Source of the DNA: a virus
DNA length: 64,000 nucleotides
Reading direction: 5' to 3' (one strand)
IMG/VR virus record: IMGVR_UViG_3300022932_000015
Span: 1 to 64,000 of that record
In this document: one piece after another, positions 42,189 through 51,490 of the stretch
How positions within the stretch are numbered: the stretch's first letter is position 1
Layout: every line of letters starts with the position of its first letter
The notes under the pieces: model-generated
What the model saw: the letters and a program-made list of their open reading frames with translations, nothing else
Told to the model about the DNA's origin: nothing
Databases searched by the model: none
Made by a program: the position numbers and the translations under genes

Positions 42189-42957
42189 CTTTTATGATTA
42201 ATTTTAATAGACTTAAATATGGAACTTCTTCTCCTTTTTTGATGTTTAATTGTAATATATCCATTGGAGCTTTTATTTCTTTACTAAGATAAGGCATAAG
42301 CAGATCACTATAAGGACTTTCCAAGTCACAACCTATTTGATTTATTGCTTTTTCAATACTTCTTGGAGTTACAAAATCCCATTCATTTTGTTCAAACTTT
42401 TCTTTAGTTATTAATAAAGACAGATTATTTGAAATTGATTCAGGCATTCCATATCTATTTTTTAATAGTTTCTGAAACTCAGTACTGTTGAATTTTAAAT
42501 CATATCTGATAAACCTTTCTTTGATCTGTGGAGTTAAATTAATTAGTCCTTGAGGATTAGAAGCAGCAACAATCATAACATCAGCCAATCTTTTACCAGA
42601 AGGTAACATTCTATCTTCTAATAAATTTAACACAGCATCTAAAGTTTGTTTTAATGTTCCATTGAACACTTCATCAAAGAATAGTACATCTCCATCATTT
42701 AAGGAATTCAGCTCATGACTATCATATACAACTAACTTCCCAGTATTTACATCTGGCATTACCATTCCAACTACTTCGTTAGGCATTCTTTGACTCAAAG
42801 TTATCTTCACTATTTTAACATTTTTGTCCTCCACAAATTTCTTGATTATTGTAGTCTTTCCTATTCCAGGATTTGACATAAATAATGGGACTGTTTTTCT
42901 CCTTAGTATAGGATTATCATATGTTTTATTCAAAACATCAAGCATTAATTCTTCCAT
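42133..42957 (-). CDS. MoxR-like AAA+ ATPase
   Basis: NPGIGKT, FFDE, AASN, ERF, TPRS. Confidence 0.8.
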   Translation of the reverse strand: MEELMLDVLNKTYDNPILRRKTVPLFMSNPGIGKTTIIKKFVEDKNVKIVKITLSQRMPNEVVGMVMPDVNTGKLVVYDSHELNSLNDGDVLFFDEVFNGTLKQTLDAVLNLLEDRMLPSGKRLADVMIVAASNPQGLINLTPQIKERFIRYDLKFNSTEFQKLLKNRYGMPESISNNLSLLITKEKFEQNEWDFVTPRSIEKAINQIGCDLESPYSDLLMPYLSKEIKAPMDILQLNIKKGEEVPYLSLLKLIIKDDNKNYKQKSRVTSDILS

Positions 42958-43194
42958 TCCTTTGTTTTCTTGTTTTATTTTAATATTCTTTGAAATAGCC
43001 CATTCGTGAAACGTAAATATTTTATAACTTTCACTAATATAAAAGTCTATTGCACTATACCCTGATCCAGCTAGATTTATACATGATCTTTCCTTATAAA
43101 CTTCCTAGGAAGCATTGTCATACCATGTAGATCCTAGTATTTCTGAAACTTTATCCCACTCTTCTTGTGTTTCGCATTTTACTACTTCATTCAT
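42958..43194 (-). pseudogene. 79-codon in-frame N-terminal extension of the MoxR gene interrupted by one TAG
   Basis: MNEVVKCETQEEWDKVSEILGSTWYDNAS*EVYKERSCI...KQENKG-MEELM; TAG at 43105-43107. Confidence 0.65.
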
Positions 43195-43509
43195 TTATCT
43201 TACACCTATTCTGGTTAAAAAATCTACTAAATAACTAAGATCCTCATCACTATAGTCAGGTTCTTTTATTTTTGTTACATTATATGGTTTGCCAATTCTA
43301 TCATATTCAAATACTTCATTATTTGTAGCATATCTCCAATTATTTTCATTATTCCAGCTAATTTGTGGAAAACCATTAGTACTACTACCTGCTATGTCTA
43401 ACAAAGGTCTAATATGACTAAAATCTTCACGTTGTTTGTATACATAATTCCTTTTAAAATTAATTGATTCGTCATTCAGTACGACTATATATTCATTTTT
43501 CTTAAACAT
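43195..43509 (-). CDS. Hypothetical protein
   Basis: WRYAT motif; operon packing. Confidence 0.6.
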   Translation of the reverse strand: MFKKNEYIVVLNDESINFKRNYVYKQREDFSHIRPLLDIAGSSTNGFPQISWNNENNWRYATNNEVFEYDRIGKPYNVTKIKEPDYSDEDLSYLVDFLTRIGVR

Positions 43510-43515
43510 TATTTT

Positions 43516-45411
43516 TTATTTAGTCCATGAGTCACTTATTGTTATATCACTTAATACTGGTACATTTGTTATAATTTCTCTACCAGCTGATTCCATTATT
43601 TCCTTTTGTATTTTAGCCCATTCATCAACATAGGATTCTTCAACCTCACAATCTATTTGATCATGTACAGTCATGACTATAAATACTTTATCTTGTAATC
43701 TGTTAGCTTTAATATAATCTCTTAGTAATACTAAAGCTCTCTTGGTCATCTGACCTCCACTAGCTTGGATTGGGGTATTCATTGAAGCTCTTTCAATAAC
43801 TCCTATTTCCTTAAAATCCATATCTTGCTTTACAGGTTTCCAATTTGGGAAGTATCTAATGATCTTATATGGAGCAAAACTCCTTATATAACCCTTTTCT
43901 ACACCATAATTCTTACATGATACTAAAAAACTGTTAAGCTTAGCTGTAGCCTTAAAATAGTTCTTAATAATCATATCAGCAGCATCTATACTAATAGATA
44001 AGGTATCAGCGAGCTTATACTTGGACATACCATAGACTAAGCCAAAGTTTACAGTTTTAGCAGCATCTCTATAGCTTTTACCTCTAAGATAGTCTGGTTT
44101 ATTTCTAACTTCTTCTAATGATACATTGAATACCATTGAGGCTACATTAGAATGTAAATCCTCTCCTTTATTAAATGCATCTACCCAAAGAGGTTCCTCA
44201 CTACCAAAAGCCGTGAGTCTTAACTCTTGTCCAGAAAAATCGCAGCTTACCATTTTAAATCCTGATCTAGGCACAAAGCAATTTCTATATTCTATTTTAG
44301 CTGGAATATTCTGCATATTAGGAGTTTTATCTCTTTTACTACCAGAGCTAACTCTTGTAGTGTCTAATATCTGCCAAAAACTAGTATGAATCCTATTTGT
44401 TGTAGGATTTATATATTTTAGAAATTTTCTGCCATAAGTTGTAACAAGTTTTGCTTGTTTCTTATAATCTATGAATTTTTTGATTAGAGGATAATCATTT
44501 TGATATTTAGTCAAAAATCTCTCATTAGTACTATCCAAATCCAATCCTAAGTCTTTGAATACTTTATTCATCTGAGTAGGACTGGACCACTTTATATCAA
44601 CATTTCTACTATGCTCAAAACCTTCTTCAAATCCAGCAAATAAATTACCTTGGACCTTGGTCTTAATATACTTATCTAGACTAGGAATACTTCTAATAAA
44701 ATCATCTAATTCTTCCTCATATTGTATGGTATTTAAATTGGCTTTTTCTGCTAATTCTAGCCAAGCTTCTGAATTAAAACCCATACCATTGTATTCAATG
44801 TCACCTAGAGCTAGACATGCTTTGAATTCGTTATCTACCCATTCTTCAATATCTAAAGATTGTATTAAAGCATATTGTTTCGTCCTAATTTCTGTAAGAC
44901 ACTCAACATCCCCTATACCATAGACTATTTGCTGTTCTGTAAAGGGATTACCATTTAAACTAGTAAACTGATTTCTAACAGATTTATCAAGTTTATGATC
45001 CGTGTATTTTTCTGCTAGTTTATCTAGAGATAGTCCTCTATTCTCTAGCCCATTAGTAATACAACATTCTGCTAATAGTGTATCATAGATGTTATCAAGC
45101 TCAATTCCATGGAACTTTAAAAATTTGTAATCAAATTTTAAGTTTTGACCAACCACTAGTTTTTTGCTCAATATAGATTTAAGAGGTAATATATCAACAC
45201 TTCTTACATCAAATACATAAGAAACATTCTCATGATTCAATTGAAGCATGACTATACGATTTTTAAAGTCAAAGAATCCTTCAGTCTCAGTATCAAGATT
45301 TACATAAGATACATTTTGTAGCCAATTTAGACATTCATCTATACTACTAATAGTATAAAGTGAACTTTTAATAAGTTCTGCATTTCCCACAAAATATACT
45401 TTGCTTTCCAT
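43516..45411 (-). CDS. polA: Family A DNA polymerase with 3'-5' exonuclease
   Basis: DTETEG, NLKFD, PNMQNIP, DFSGQELR, R.AAK..NFG..YG, VHD. Confidence 0.95.
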   Translation of the reverse strand: MESKVYFVGNAELIKSSLYTISSIDECLNWLQNVSYVNLDTETEGFFDFKNRIVMLQLNHENVSYVFDVRSVDILPLKSILSKKLVVGQNLKFDYKFLKFHGIELDNIYDTLLAECCITNGLENRGLSLDKLAEKYTDHKLDKSVRNQFTSLNGNPFTEQQIVYGIGDVECLTEIRTKQYALIQSLDIEEWVDNEFKACLALGDIEYNGMGFNSEAWLELAEKANLNTIQYEEELDDFIRSIPSLDKYIKTKVQGNLFAGFEEGFEHSRNVDIKWSSPTQMNKVFKDLGLDLDSTNERFLTKYQNDYPLIKKFIDYKKQAKLVTTYGRKFLKYINPTTNRIHTSFWQILDTTRVSSGSKRDKTPNMQNIPAKIEYRNCFVPRSGFKMVSCDFSGQELRLTAFGSEEPLWVDAFNKGEDLHSNVASMVFNVSLEEVRNKPDYLRGKSYRDAAKTVNFGLVYGMSKYKLADTLSISIDAADMIIKNYFKATAKLNSFLVSCKNYGVEKGYIRSFAPYKIIRYFPNWKPVKQDMDFKEIGVIERASMNTPIQASGGQMTKRALVLLRDYIKANRLQDKVFIVMTVHDQIDCEVEESYVDEWAKIQKEIMESAGREIITNVPVLSDITISDSWTK

Positions 45412-45648
45412 CTACTCTTTTGTTTCAAATTCTATCAACAGATCAGTGTAGCCTTGCATTAACAGATTCTGGAATAAAATATCCAAAAACTGTTCACCAC
45501 ATTGAACGTTAACATTTATTATTACTGTATCCTTTTCTTTATTATACTTTCCTATTGGATTACTCTCTACTATTCCAATTAAATATTCTTTATAAGGATC
45601 AAATCTAGAGTTTATATTCTGTAATATTTTAATGTTTGAATTTCTCAA
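45412..45648 (-). CDS. Hypothetical protein
   Basis: Stop abuts polA start. Confidence 0.5.
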   Translation of the reverse strand: MRNSNIKILQNINSRFDPYKEYLIGIVESNPIGKYNKEKDTVIINVNVQCGEQFLDILFQNLLMQGYTDLLIEFETKE

Positions 45649-45660
45649 TTTATTTCTAAT

Positions 45661-45690
45661 AAAAAATCCCAGAAATTTTCCAGGATTTTT
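45661..45690. terminator. Possible intrinsic terminator
   Basis: AAAAATCC...GGATTTTT with A/T tails. Confidence 0.5.
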
Positions 45691-45712
45691 GTTATTATTG
45701 CTTTTTGTTGTA

Positions 45713-46615
45713 TTAATTAAATTTTTGATTTACAACTAATTCATCACTTGCTTCTTGCCCCCAAGCTGTTACTACTAAGTAATGTTTTTTATTTTCGTAA
45801 AATACTGGAAATAATACAACAGGATCAGGAATATGGATTTTAGATATTTTAACACCTTCAACTTCATATCCTTCCATGTTAAAATCTTTAACTGGGGCTG
45901 CTATTTCTAAAGGAGATTTATCATATATTTCATTTATATAATAACTATGAGTGTGATAATTATTTTTACTTCTTTCAATAGATATTTCTTTACTAGTATT
46001 AAATAAATATAACTTTCTAGAAATGCTATTATTTGTTATTCTATTTCTCCCATATAAAGATATTACCTCTTCTTTATGATAATAACAAGCATCTTCTTCA
46101 TCTACTTTAAAATTACTAATATCTTTAAGATTTTTATCAGGTACAGTACCCTCATATCTATCTACTGGACCATATACCAAATTATATTTATTACATATTT
46201 TGATTACTGATTCCTCAGTTATAAATTTGTACAATGGATACTTTTGAGTAAAATAATTAATAGCCCTGTTTAGTTCTTTTTTAGATTTATTTTCGTTATT
46301 AATAGTATTTAATCTTTGAATTTCTAAATCTGCATCTTTACATTCTTTTGTATTAGTAAATCCCAAATCTCTTAATTTTTTAGATTTATCTATTAAATCT
46401 TGTAATTCAGTTTCATTAGATTTTAATATTTTGGATTCTGCTAATAACTTATCAACTTCAGAATTAAAAGATTCATGAATCTCATCAATTATTTCATTGA
46501 TCGTTTTGTTTTTAGTTATTACTTTATCCTCTTTTACCTGTTTTTCAAAAATTTTCCACATAATTTGCTTTTTTAAATCCACATTAACTTGTCTGATACT
46601 TATCATTATCATCAC
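45713..46615 (-). CDS. Hypothetical phage protein (start probably MWKIF)
   Basis: IC.KYNL, IAAP, DPVVL, VTAWG.EA. Confidence 0.7.
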   Translation of the reverse strand: MMIMISIRQVNVDLKKQIMWKIFEKQVKEDKVITKNKTINEIIDEIHESFNSEVDKLLAESKILKSNETELQDLIDKSKKLRDLGFTNTKECKDADLEIQRLNTINNENKSKKELNRAINYFTQKYPLYKFITEESVIKICNKYNLVYGPVDRYEGTVPDKNLKDISNFKVDEEDACYYHKEEVISLYGRNRITNNSISRKLYLFNTSKEISIERSKNNYHTHSYYINEIYDKSPLEIAAPVKDFNMEGYEVEGVKISKIHIPDPVVLFPVFYENKKHYLVVTAWGQEASDELVVNQKFN

Positions 46616-46973
46616 CTAAAAAATATCTAGCTCCCTTGGGTATTACCATTTTTACTACCCTAAGTTCCGATACCTTACTACGAATTCTGAGGTATTCAGC
46701 AGCATCCTTAGTGATAAAAGCATGCAATCCGTCGTTTATATTAATCTTATAAACTCCCCACCAAAATGAATGCACCCCTATATCAAATGGCTTTTTCTTG
46801 TTAGTTTGGTAATATAAGAATCCCTTGTGATATTTGAAACCTTGATAGGGAGACTTATTATCCTTGTCTAAGACTTTATATACAACTCTATCTCTTCCAG
46901 CTATTTTTGGATTTTTAGTATATTCAATAGCTGTACTTTCATTGTTAAATTCTTTATCTACTGTTAAACACAT
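46584..46973 (-). CDS. Hypothetical phage protein
   Basis: MCL, YKVL, SPYQ, GLHAF, IPKG. Confidence 0.65.
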   Translation of the reverse strand: MCLTVDKEFNNESTAIEYTKNPKIAGRDRVVYKVLDKDNKSPYQGFKYHKGFLYYQTNKKKPFDIGVHSFWWGVYKININDGLHAFITKDAAEYLRIRSKVSELRVVKMVIPKGARYFLGDDNDKYQTS

Positions 46974-47220
46974 ATTTTTGTTTTTTATTATTTCTTTTTA
47001 TATCTGCTATTACTTTTTCCATAAACACTATTGCTTTTTGATTTCTTTCTTCAATAGATATTTTATTAAAGTATAATATGTCTGAAATACCCTCTACTAT
47101 AGACTCAGCAGATATTTCATTTATAGGATTTTTAATCCTACTATTACCCATTTCACAAAGAGGACAGTCTATCATACTCTCATTTGGGTGTTTAGCACAT
47201 GCTCCGTACTTAATCTGCAT
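46954..47220 (-). CDS. Hypothetical protein with CxxH/CxxC
   Basis: CAKH...CPLC. Confidence 0.55.
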   Translation of the reverse strand: MQIKYGACAKHPNESMIDCPLCEMGNSRIKNPINEISAESIVEGISDILYFNKISIEERNQKAIVFMEKVIADIKRNNKKQKYVFNSR

Positions 47221-47221
47221 T

Positions 47222-47695
47222 TTATTTTATTTTTTCGATTAGTAAATATTCTCCAACGTGTTCTTCTGCTTGTTGCCATTTATTCATATCTAATTGATAT
47301 AGTTCTTCACTATTACCACTATATTCGTATAAGGGTCTAGTAGGGTATGAATATGGATTTATAATAAAACACTCTTTAGAAGTTAATAGGCTATCCCATG
47401 AATCCATAAGATCGTGTAATAAATATTCATTAAAATGATAATGAAAGTAGGTGTTAGAATTATAAATTATTTTAGGCTGTTTTACAATCATTTTAACCTC
47501 TTCTTCTGTTGCTTGGGAGGCGAGGCAGATGATTTCAAAGTCGAAAGGAATATCAATTGCTTCGTACGGATCATACTCATTTTCTGTTATGCGGTACATA
47601 AGAATACCATTAGCAATACCTTCGAATTTTTGAAATCCATTTGAACCTCTTGGCACCTTAAGTGCGTATACTGTTTCTGTTAGTTGTTTAAGCAT
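47222..47695 (-). CDS. Hypothetical protein
   Basis: ORF; NPY..P..WQQAE. Confidence 0.6.
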   Translation of the reverse strand: MLKQLTETVYALKVPRGSNGFQKFEGIANGILMYRITENEYDPYEAIDIPFDFEIICLASQATEEEVKMIVKQPKIIYNSNTYFHYHFNEYLLHDLMDSWDSLLTSKECFIINPYSYPTRPLYEYSGNSEELYQLDMNKWQQAEEHVGEYLLIEKIK

Positions 47696-47697
47696 GG

Positions 47698-47964
47698 TTA
47701 AATATTATTAAGAATTTCATCAATAAAATTAGAAGACATTTCATCTTGCTCTTTTGAGGCTCTATGAGTAATATCAAATGCAATTACTTTATTAGACTTC
47801 TTTTGATTAATGAAATCTTCTAACTTTTGATAGCTATCTGAATTTGCATAGAGATTGATATGGGTATCGTTTCTCCAATCATTGTCAATTTTTAATTTAA
47901 CAATAAATCTGTGTGTAAACCCATCAAATTCTTTTTTAGAATATTTTGTTTCTGTATTACTCAT
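47698..47964 (-). CDS. Hypothetical protein
   Basis: Operon packing. Confidence 0.6.
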   Translation of the reverse strand: MSNTETKYSKKEFDGFTHRFIVKLKIDNDWRNDTHINLYANSDSYQKLEDFINQKKSNKVIAFDITHRASKEQDEMSSNFIDEILNNI

Positions 47965-48009
47965 ATCTATTTATTTTTAATTAGTTAATCTAACACTATT
48001 GAAAGGGGG

Positions 48010-48444
48010 TTATATCAGTTTAAATGCTTCTTCTATTGCTTTGTTAAAAGCTTCATAATAGTCTTTATGATAACCTACATTAGCCCTTCCAAATATATTT
48101 AACTCAAATTTATCTTCTGTTATCAAATCACCGTGTCCGCTGAATAAAAGTTCTTTTTCTATTTTTCTAATTGGGTCAACATGAATAAAAATATTGTGTT
48201 CATTCCTAAACCAGTCTATCAACTCCTGAAATGAAGGCGCGCAAACTGAATTTTTATAATCAGAATTTTTTCCAAGCCTTCCTATGTCGTCAAAATTGTC
48301 AGATAAATCATCTGTTGTAAAAAAGAAGTTATTGGAAGGATTTTCATACTCAGGTTTACCAATATGGCAGAATAAACAAGGTTCATTAAATCTTTTTTCT
48401 TTTGCTATTACAGCTAATTCGTATGATATAAATAAATGTTTCAT
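48010..48444 (-). CDS. Hypothetical Bacteroidota-phage-type protein
   Basis: YELA..AKEK.F.EPC, AP..Q...DWFR..H, YEA. Confidence 0.65.
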   Translation of the reverse strand: MKHLFISYELAVIAKEKRFNEPCLFCHIGKPEYENPSNNFFFTTDDLSDNFDDIGRLGKNSDYKNSVCAPSFQELIDWFRNEHNIFIHVDPIRKIEKELLFSGHGDLITEDKFELNIFGRANVGYHKDYYEAFNKAIEEAFKLI

Positions 48445-48599
48445 GTATTTGGTTTTAGTGATTGGATGGTTTAAATAGTAGATATAGAATTACTTTAGTT
48501 AATACGCTTGATAAAAATATAGCGAATACTACTTTAATTGGTAGAAAAAATACACATGCAAAACAACCTATAAATGTTGCTGCTATTTCTGTTAATAGT

Positions 48600-48836
48600 T
48601 TATTTACTCCTTTCATAAGCTGCAATTAATTCTTCGTTATTTAATTCATCTAAAACTAAGATGTTCTGTTTATCTCTCCATTCAAGGAATTTTATAAGCT
48701 CCTCGGTATATTCCTTCCCTGCATTTAATTCAGAGCATTCTCTTAGTAAATTATAAAAACTTTCTTCAATCTTTTTAGTATTACTATTATAATACTCTAG
48801 ACCTCTACTATTAAATAACTCTTGTTTTGTCTTCAT
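48600..48836 (-). CDS. Hypothetical protein
   Basis: ORF. Confidence 0.55.
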   Translation of the reverse strand: MKTKQELFNSRGLEYYNSNTKKIEESFYNLLRECSELNAGKEYTEELIKFLEWRDKQNILVLDELNNEELIAAYERSK

Positions 48837-49009
48837 TACTTCGTTGCTTTATCTATTGGGTTAGACAATACATCCCACAAGTCTGGATATTGTTTCAATA
48901 CTCCTCTCTGAGCTAATAAATTTCTTGCTTCTATTAAACCATTTAGCATGGCTTCTGCAGCATCAAATAATTTTATTTTATTCTTTTCTTCTATTAATTT
49001 ATCTTCCAT
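48836..49009 (-). CDS. Small hypothetical protein (57 aa, not in ORF track)
   Basis: MEDKLIEEKNKIKLFDAAEAML...; stop overlaps next ATG. Confidence 0.55.
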   Translation of the reverse strand: MEDKLIEEKNKIKLFDAAEAMLNGLIEARNLLAQRGVLKQYPDLWDVLSNPIDKATK

Positions 49010-49231
49010 GAATTATTATTTATAATGGTTATTAAAAATAATGGGACTATATCCTTTTAGACATAATCCCATTACATTATCTAATTACTGTTACGCTATG
49101 GTACTTGCCTCCTGATAAATCATGTGCTATATCTTTGGCAACTTTATCTACTTTACCTAAATTTTCTTTAAAGAAGGTATCAGGTAAGTTGATCACCTGT
49201 TTGTTTTTACGTGTTTCGTCAAAATAAATTG

Positions 49232-49585
49232 TTAACATACATTCAAAGTTTTTAGTTGTTGTTTTTCTGTATTTAGTTTTGCTTTTACAATTAGGACTAT
49301 TAGTTCATCAAAGAACTTCTCAGCTCGTTGTAATCTTCTAATATTTATTATATCATCAAATTTACAAATATCATAATCTCTCCATCTCAATATTGAATTT
49401 ACTGCTTCAATATAAGTCTGCTTGGTATAGCCATTTAGAGATCCATTAGGATACTTATTTATGAACTTAATAATACTTTCTAATTGGTAATTAGATAATC
49501 TACCCAAACAAGTGGGTTTTCCTTTCCAGAAATATAGCATATTGCAATATTTATCTACCTCTGGATTTATTATGTCTTTAATCAT
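49232..49585 (-). CDS. Hypothetical protein
   Basis: ORF. Confidence 0.6.
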   Translation of the reverse strand: MIKDIINPEVDKYCNMLYFWKGKPTCLGRLSNYQLESIIKFINKYPNGSLNGYTKQTYIEAVNSILRWRDYDICKFDDIINIRRLQRAEKFFDELIVLIVKAKLNTEKQQLKTLNVC

Positions 49586-49633
49586 ATTTATTTGGTTTAG
49601 AGTTAATAGATTTATATAAAAACTTAGTTGACT

Positions 49634-49804
49634 CTACCTTCCAAATAATTTTCTTTTTAGAGATAAAATTTGATCTTGTACCTTATTAAATTTGATTTCA
49701 TTGAACATAGTTGGTACTGCTAGTTTTCTAGAGTTTCCATAAAATTCTGCCCAGCAGATAAGTTCGTCTAACTTTTGTGCATTGTTTTTTATTCCGTTTT
49801 CCAT
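49634..49804 (-). CDS. Small hypothetical protein (start MENGIK)
   Basis: A-rich leader before ATG 49804; the longer track ORF is probably over-extended. Confidence 0.5.
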   Translation of the reverse strand: MENGIKNNAQKLDELICWAEFYGNSRKLAVPTMFNEIKFNKVQDQILSLKRKLFGR

Positions 49805-49967
49805 GTATTTGTTTTTAATTGTTAGAAGTAAAATTGAAATTATACCAAGCTCTATACTGTTAGTCTTTAATAGGGCTGGGATGTGACACCTATTGATATA
49901 ATTTACTCTGGGACGAACCTTTCGATTCTCTAGATCCACCAATCTATTTTTAAAGAATAGATAAACT

Positions 49968-50453
49968 TTAACCAATCTTCTTTTTCTTTCTAATGTCAGA
50001 GATAACTTGTCTTCTTACATTGTATAATTCACATATAGACTTTATAGTCTTGTGTGGATTGTTTTCAATATCTTTCAAGACTTTTTCTATCAATTCAGTA
50101 GAATACTTTTTGTTTACTGGAATATTACCCTTCTTGAATTTGTATGATTCCATATTCATAAGTGGTAGTCTGCCTTTTTTGTAGGCATCTTTCATGTTAT
50201 CAGAATGTGTACCTAAAAATAGATGTTTAGGATTAACACATAAAGGATTATCACATTTATGACAGACAAATACATTTGAATCATTTATTTCACCATACTT
50301 AAGTATATATGATAATCTGTGACTATCAATTATTCTTTTCTGATATCTTATAACTCCATAATTACCTCTCATTCCTGCTTTCCATTCCCAACAATCTTCA
50401 TCATTATTAGTTACTCTTACTTTACTCCAGAATCTTTCGATTATAGTACTCAT
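49968..50453 (-). CDS. HNH homing endonuclease immediately downstream of tmRNA
   Basis: RFWSKV, CWEW, HRLSY, VCHKCDNPLCVNPKHL..GT..DN; start moved to MSTIIERF outside the tmRNA. Confidence 0.9.
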   Translation of the reverse strand: MSTIIERFWSKVRVTNNDEDCWEWKAGMRGNYGVIRYQKRIIDSHRLSYILKYGEINDSNVFVCHKCDNPLCVNPKHLFLGTHSDNMKDAYKKGRLPLMNMESYKFKKGNIPVNKKYSTELIEKVLKDIENNPHKTIKSICELYNVRRQVISDIRKKKKIG

Positions 50454-50466
50454 TTGTTTTAATTTG

Positions 50467-50855
50467 TGGAGCTGGACAGGTACGATCTGTCGTGTTCCAT
50501 AATTCATTATTAATTTTCTACAAGTTTAGCATATCTTTTTCTCCTAATGCAGGATATTTGATTCTTAATCAAAAAAGCAACACATTGGCTAGTTATAGTC
50601 TTCCTATGTGTGAAGTGGTTGACTTTCCAATATTAGGCTGCTAACTCTAATTCTGCAATTGGGGCAGATGTCAATTTAATGACTTTTGCTGAAGCGCTTT
50701 TTACAACTGCAAGAACATCAGCGATGCCTCCTACTTCGTTGGTTATTACAACATTGTCCGTTAGAACTTGAAACCATAGATTAAAGTGATAGATAACATC
50801 TCACTACTTGCTTATCAATAAATTATTACAGAGTCTATAGCCAACTCTCAGCCCC
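50467..50855 (-). ncRNA. ssrA: tmRNA with 41-aa tag ending ELAA
   Basis: 5' GGGGCTG pairs with 3' CAGCTCC-A (G3:U70); T-arm GACAG/CTGTC; UAACG-GAC resume context; tag frame 50758-50633. Confidence 0.9.
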
Positions 50856-50964
50856 AATTCTTTATACTTTACTTTAATCCCTTTTTACAATTAAGATACT
50901 AAGGATTGTTTAAAGAATTTATTTTTTACTATGTTAGTATAGTTAATATTATGTGTATTAAAAT
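50856..50964 (-). ncRNA. DGR spacer RNA 2 (Sp2)
   Basis: Homologous to Sp1; covarying hairpins at 50927-50939 and 50876-50907. Confidence 0.75.
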
Positions 50965-51027
50965 ATAAGTAACTTGACTATTAGAATTGTAGTTGTTGTA
51001 ATTCGAGTTGTTGAACACTAAACTACT
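50965..51027 (-). repeat. DGR template repeat TR2
   Basis: 63 nt ungapped versus VR2; 15 mismatches, all at TR adenines; AAC/AAT-rich. Confidence 0.95.
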
Positions 51028-51040
51028 AGAAGTTATAATA

Positions 51041-51490
51041 TTAACGTTGAATGATTTTGTATAAATGAGCATAATTCTTACCTACAAAATCAGAGGTTTT
51101 CTGATCTTTGAAATAAGCAACCTGACCAATAGAACAGTAGCTGCTGTAATCCGAGCTGAGGAACACCAAACCACCTTTTTTATCATTCTCATGATAAGGA
51201 TACCATTTCTGTTGGTCATGATCAGTCCAATCTAAGATCCAATCTTCATTAAAGAATTTTTGTACTTGTTTTAATTGAGCAACTGCTACATGAAATTCTA
51301 TCTCTTCTGGTGTGAATAAATTAGAAAAGTGCTCTGATTTTACTTCATATTCTTTCAAAGCTCTACATATACTTGGATAATCAGCTCCTATTTTGAATAA
51401 ATCTGCGGGAGCATTTACTACCTTTTCTAGTTCCATTATTGTTGCTTTTAGCTCATTGATTTTTTCCTGAGCTTTCTTTTTATCTGTCAT
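51041..51490 (-). CDS. DGR target protein 2
   Basis: Contains VR2 (GGLVFLSSDYSSYCSIGQVAY); paralog of target 1. Confidence 0.92.
   Translation of the reverse strand: MTDKKKAQEKINELKATIMELEKVVNAPADLFKIGADYPSICRALKEYEVKSEHFSNLFTPEEIEFHVAVAQLKQVQKFFNEDWILDWTDHDQQKWYPYHENDKKGGLVFLSSDYSSYCSIGQVAYFKDQKTSDFVGKNYAHLYKIIQR
51085..51110. other. Hairpin just 3' of VR2 (candidate DGR target-recognition hairpin)
   Basis: CAAA-ATCAGA-GGTTT-TCTGAT-C-TTTG. Confidence 0.5.
51113..51175 (-). repeat. DGR variable repeat VR2
   Basis: Matches TR2 except at 15 adenine positions. Confidence 0.95.

Noticed and set aside
37912-45414. In-frame TAG-ATG junctions (37912-37917 and 45409-45414) as readthrough fusions
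   Set aside because: Abutting stop/start codons are ordinary tight packing and each product looks complete.
49586-49636. Open in-frame link after a TAG joining two small ORFs
   Set aside because: The linker is a hairpin plus A-rich leader; a 16-codon open stretch can arise by chance.
50454-50507. Extended N-terminus of the HNH ORF in the track
   Set aside because: It overlaps the tmRNA 3' end; ATG 50453 is the better start.
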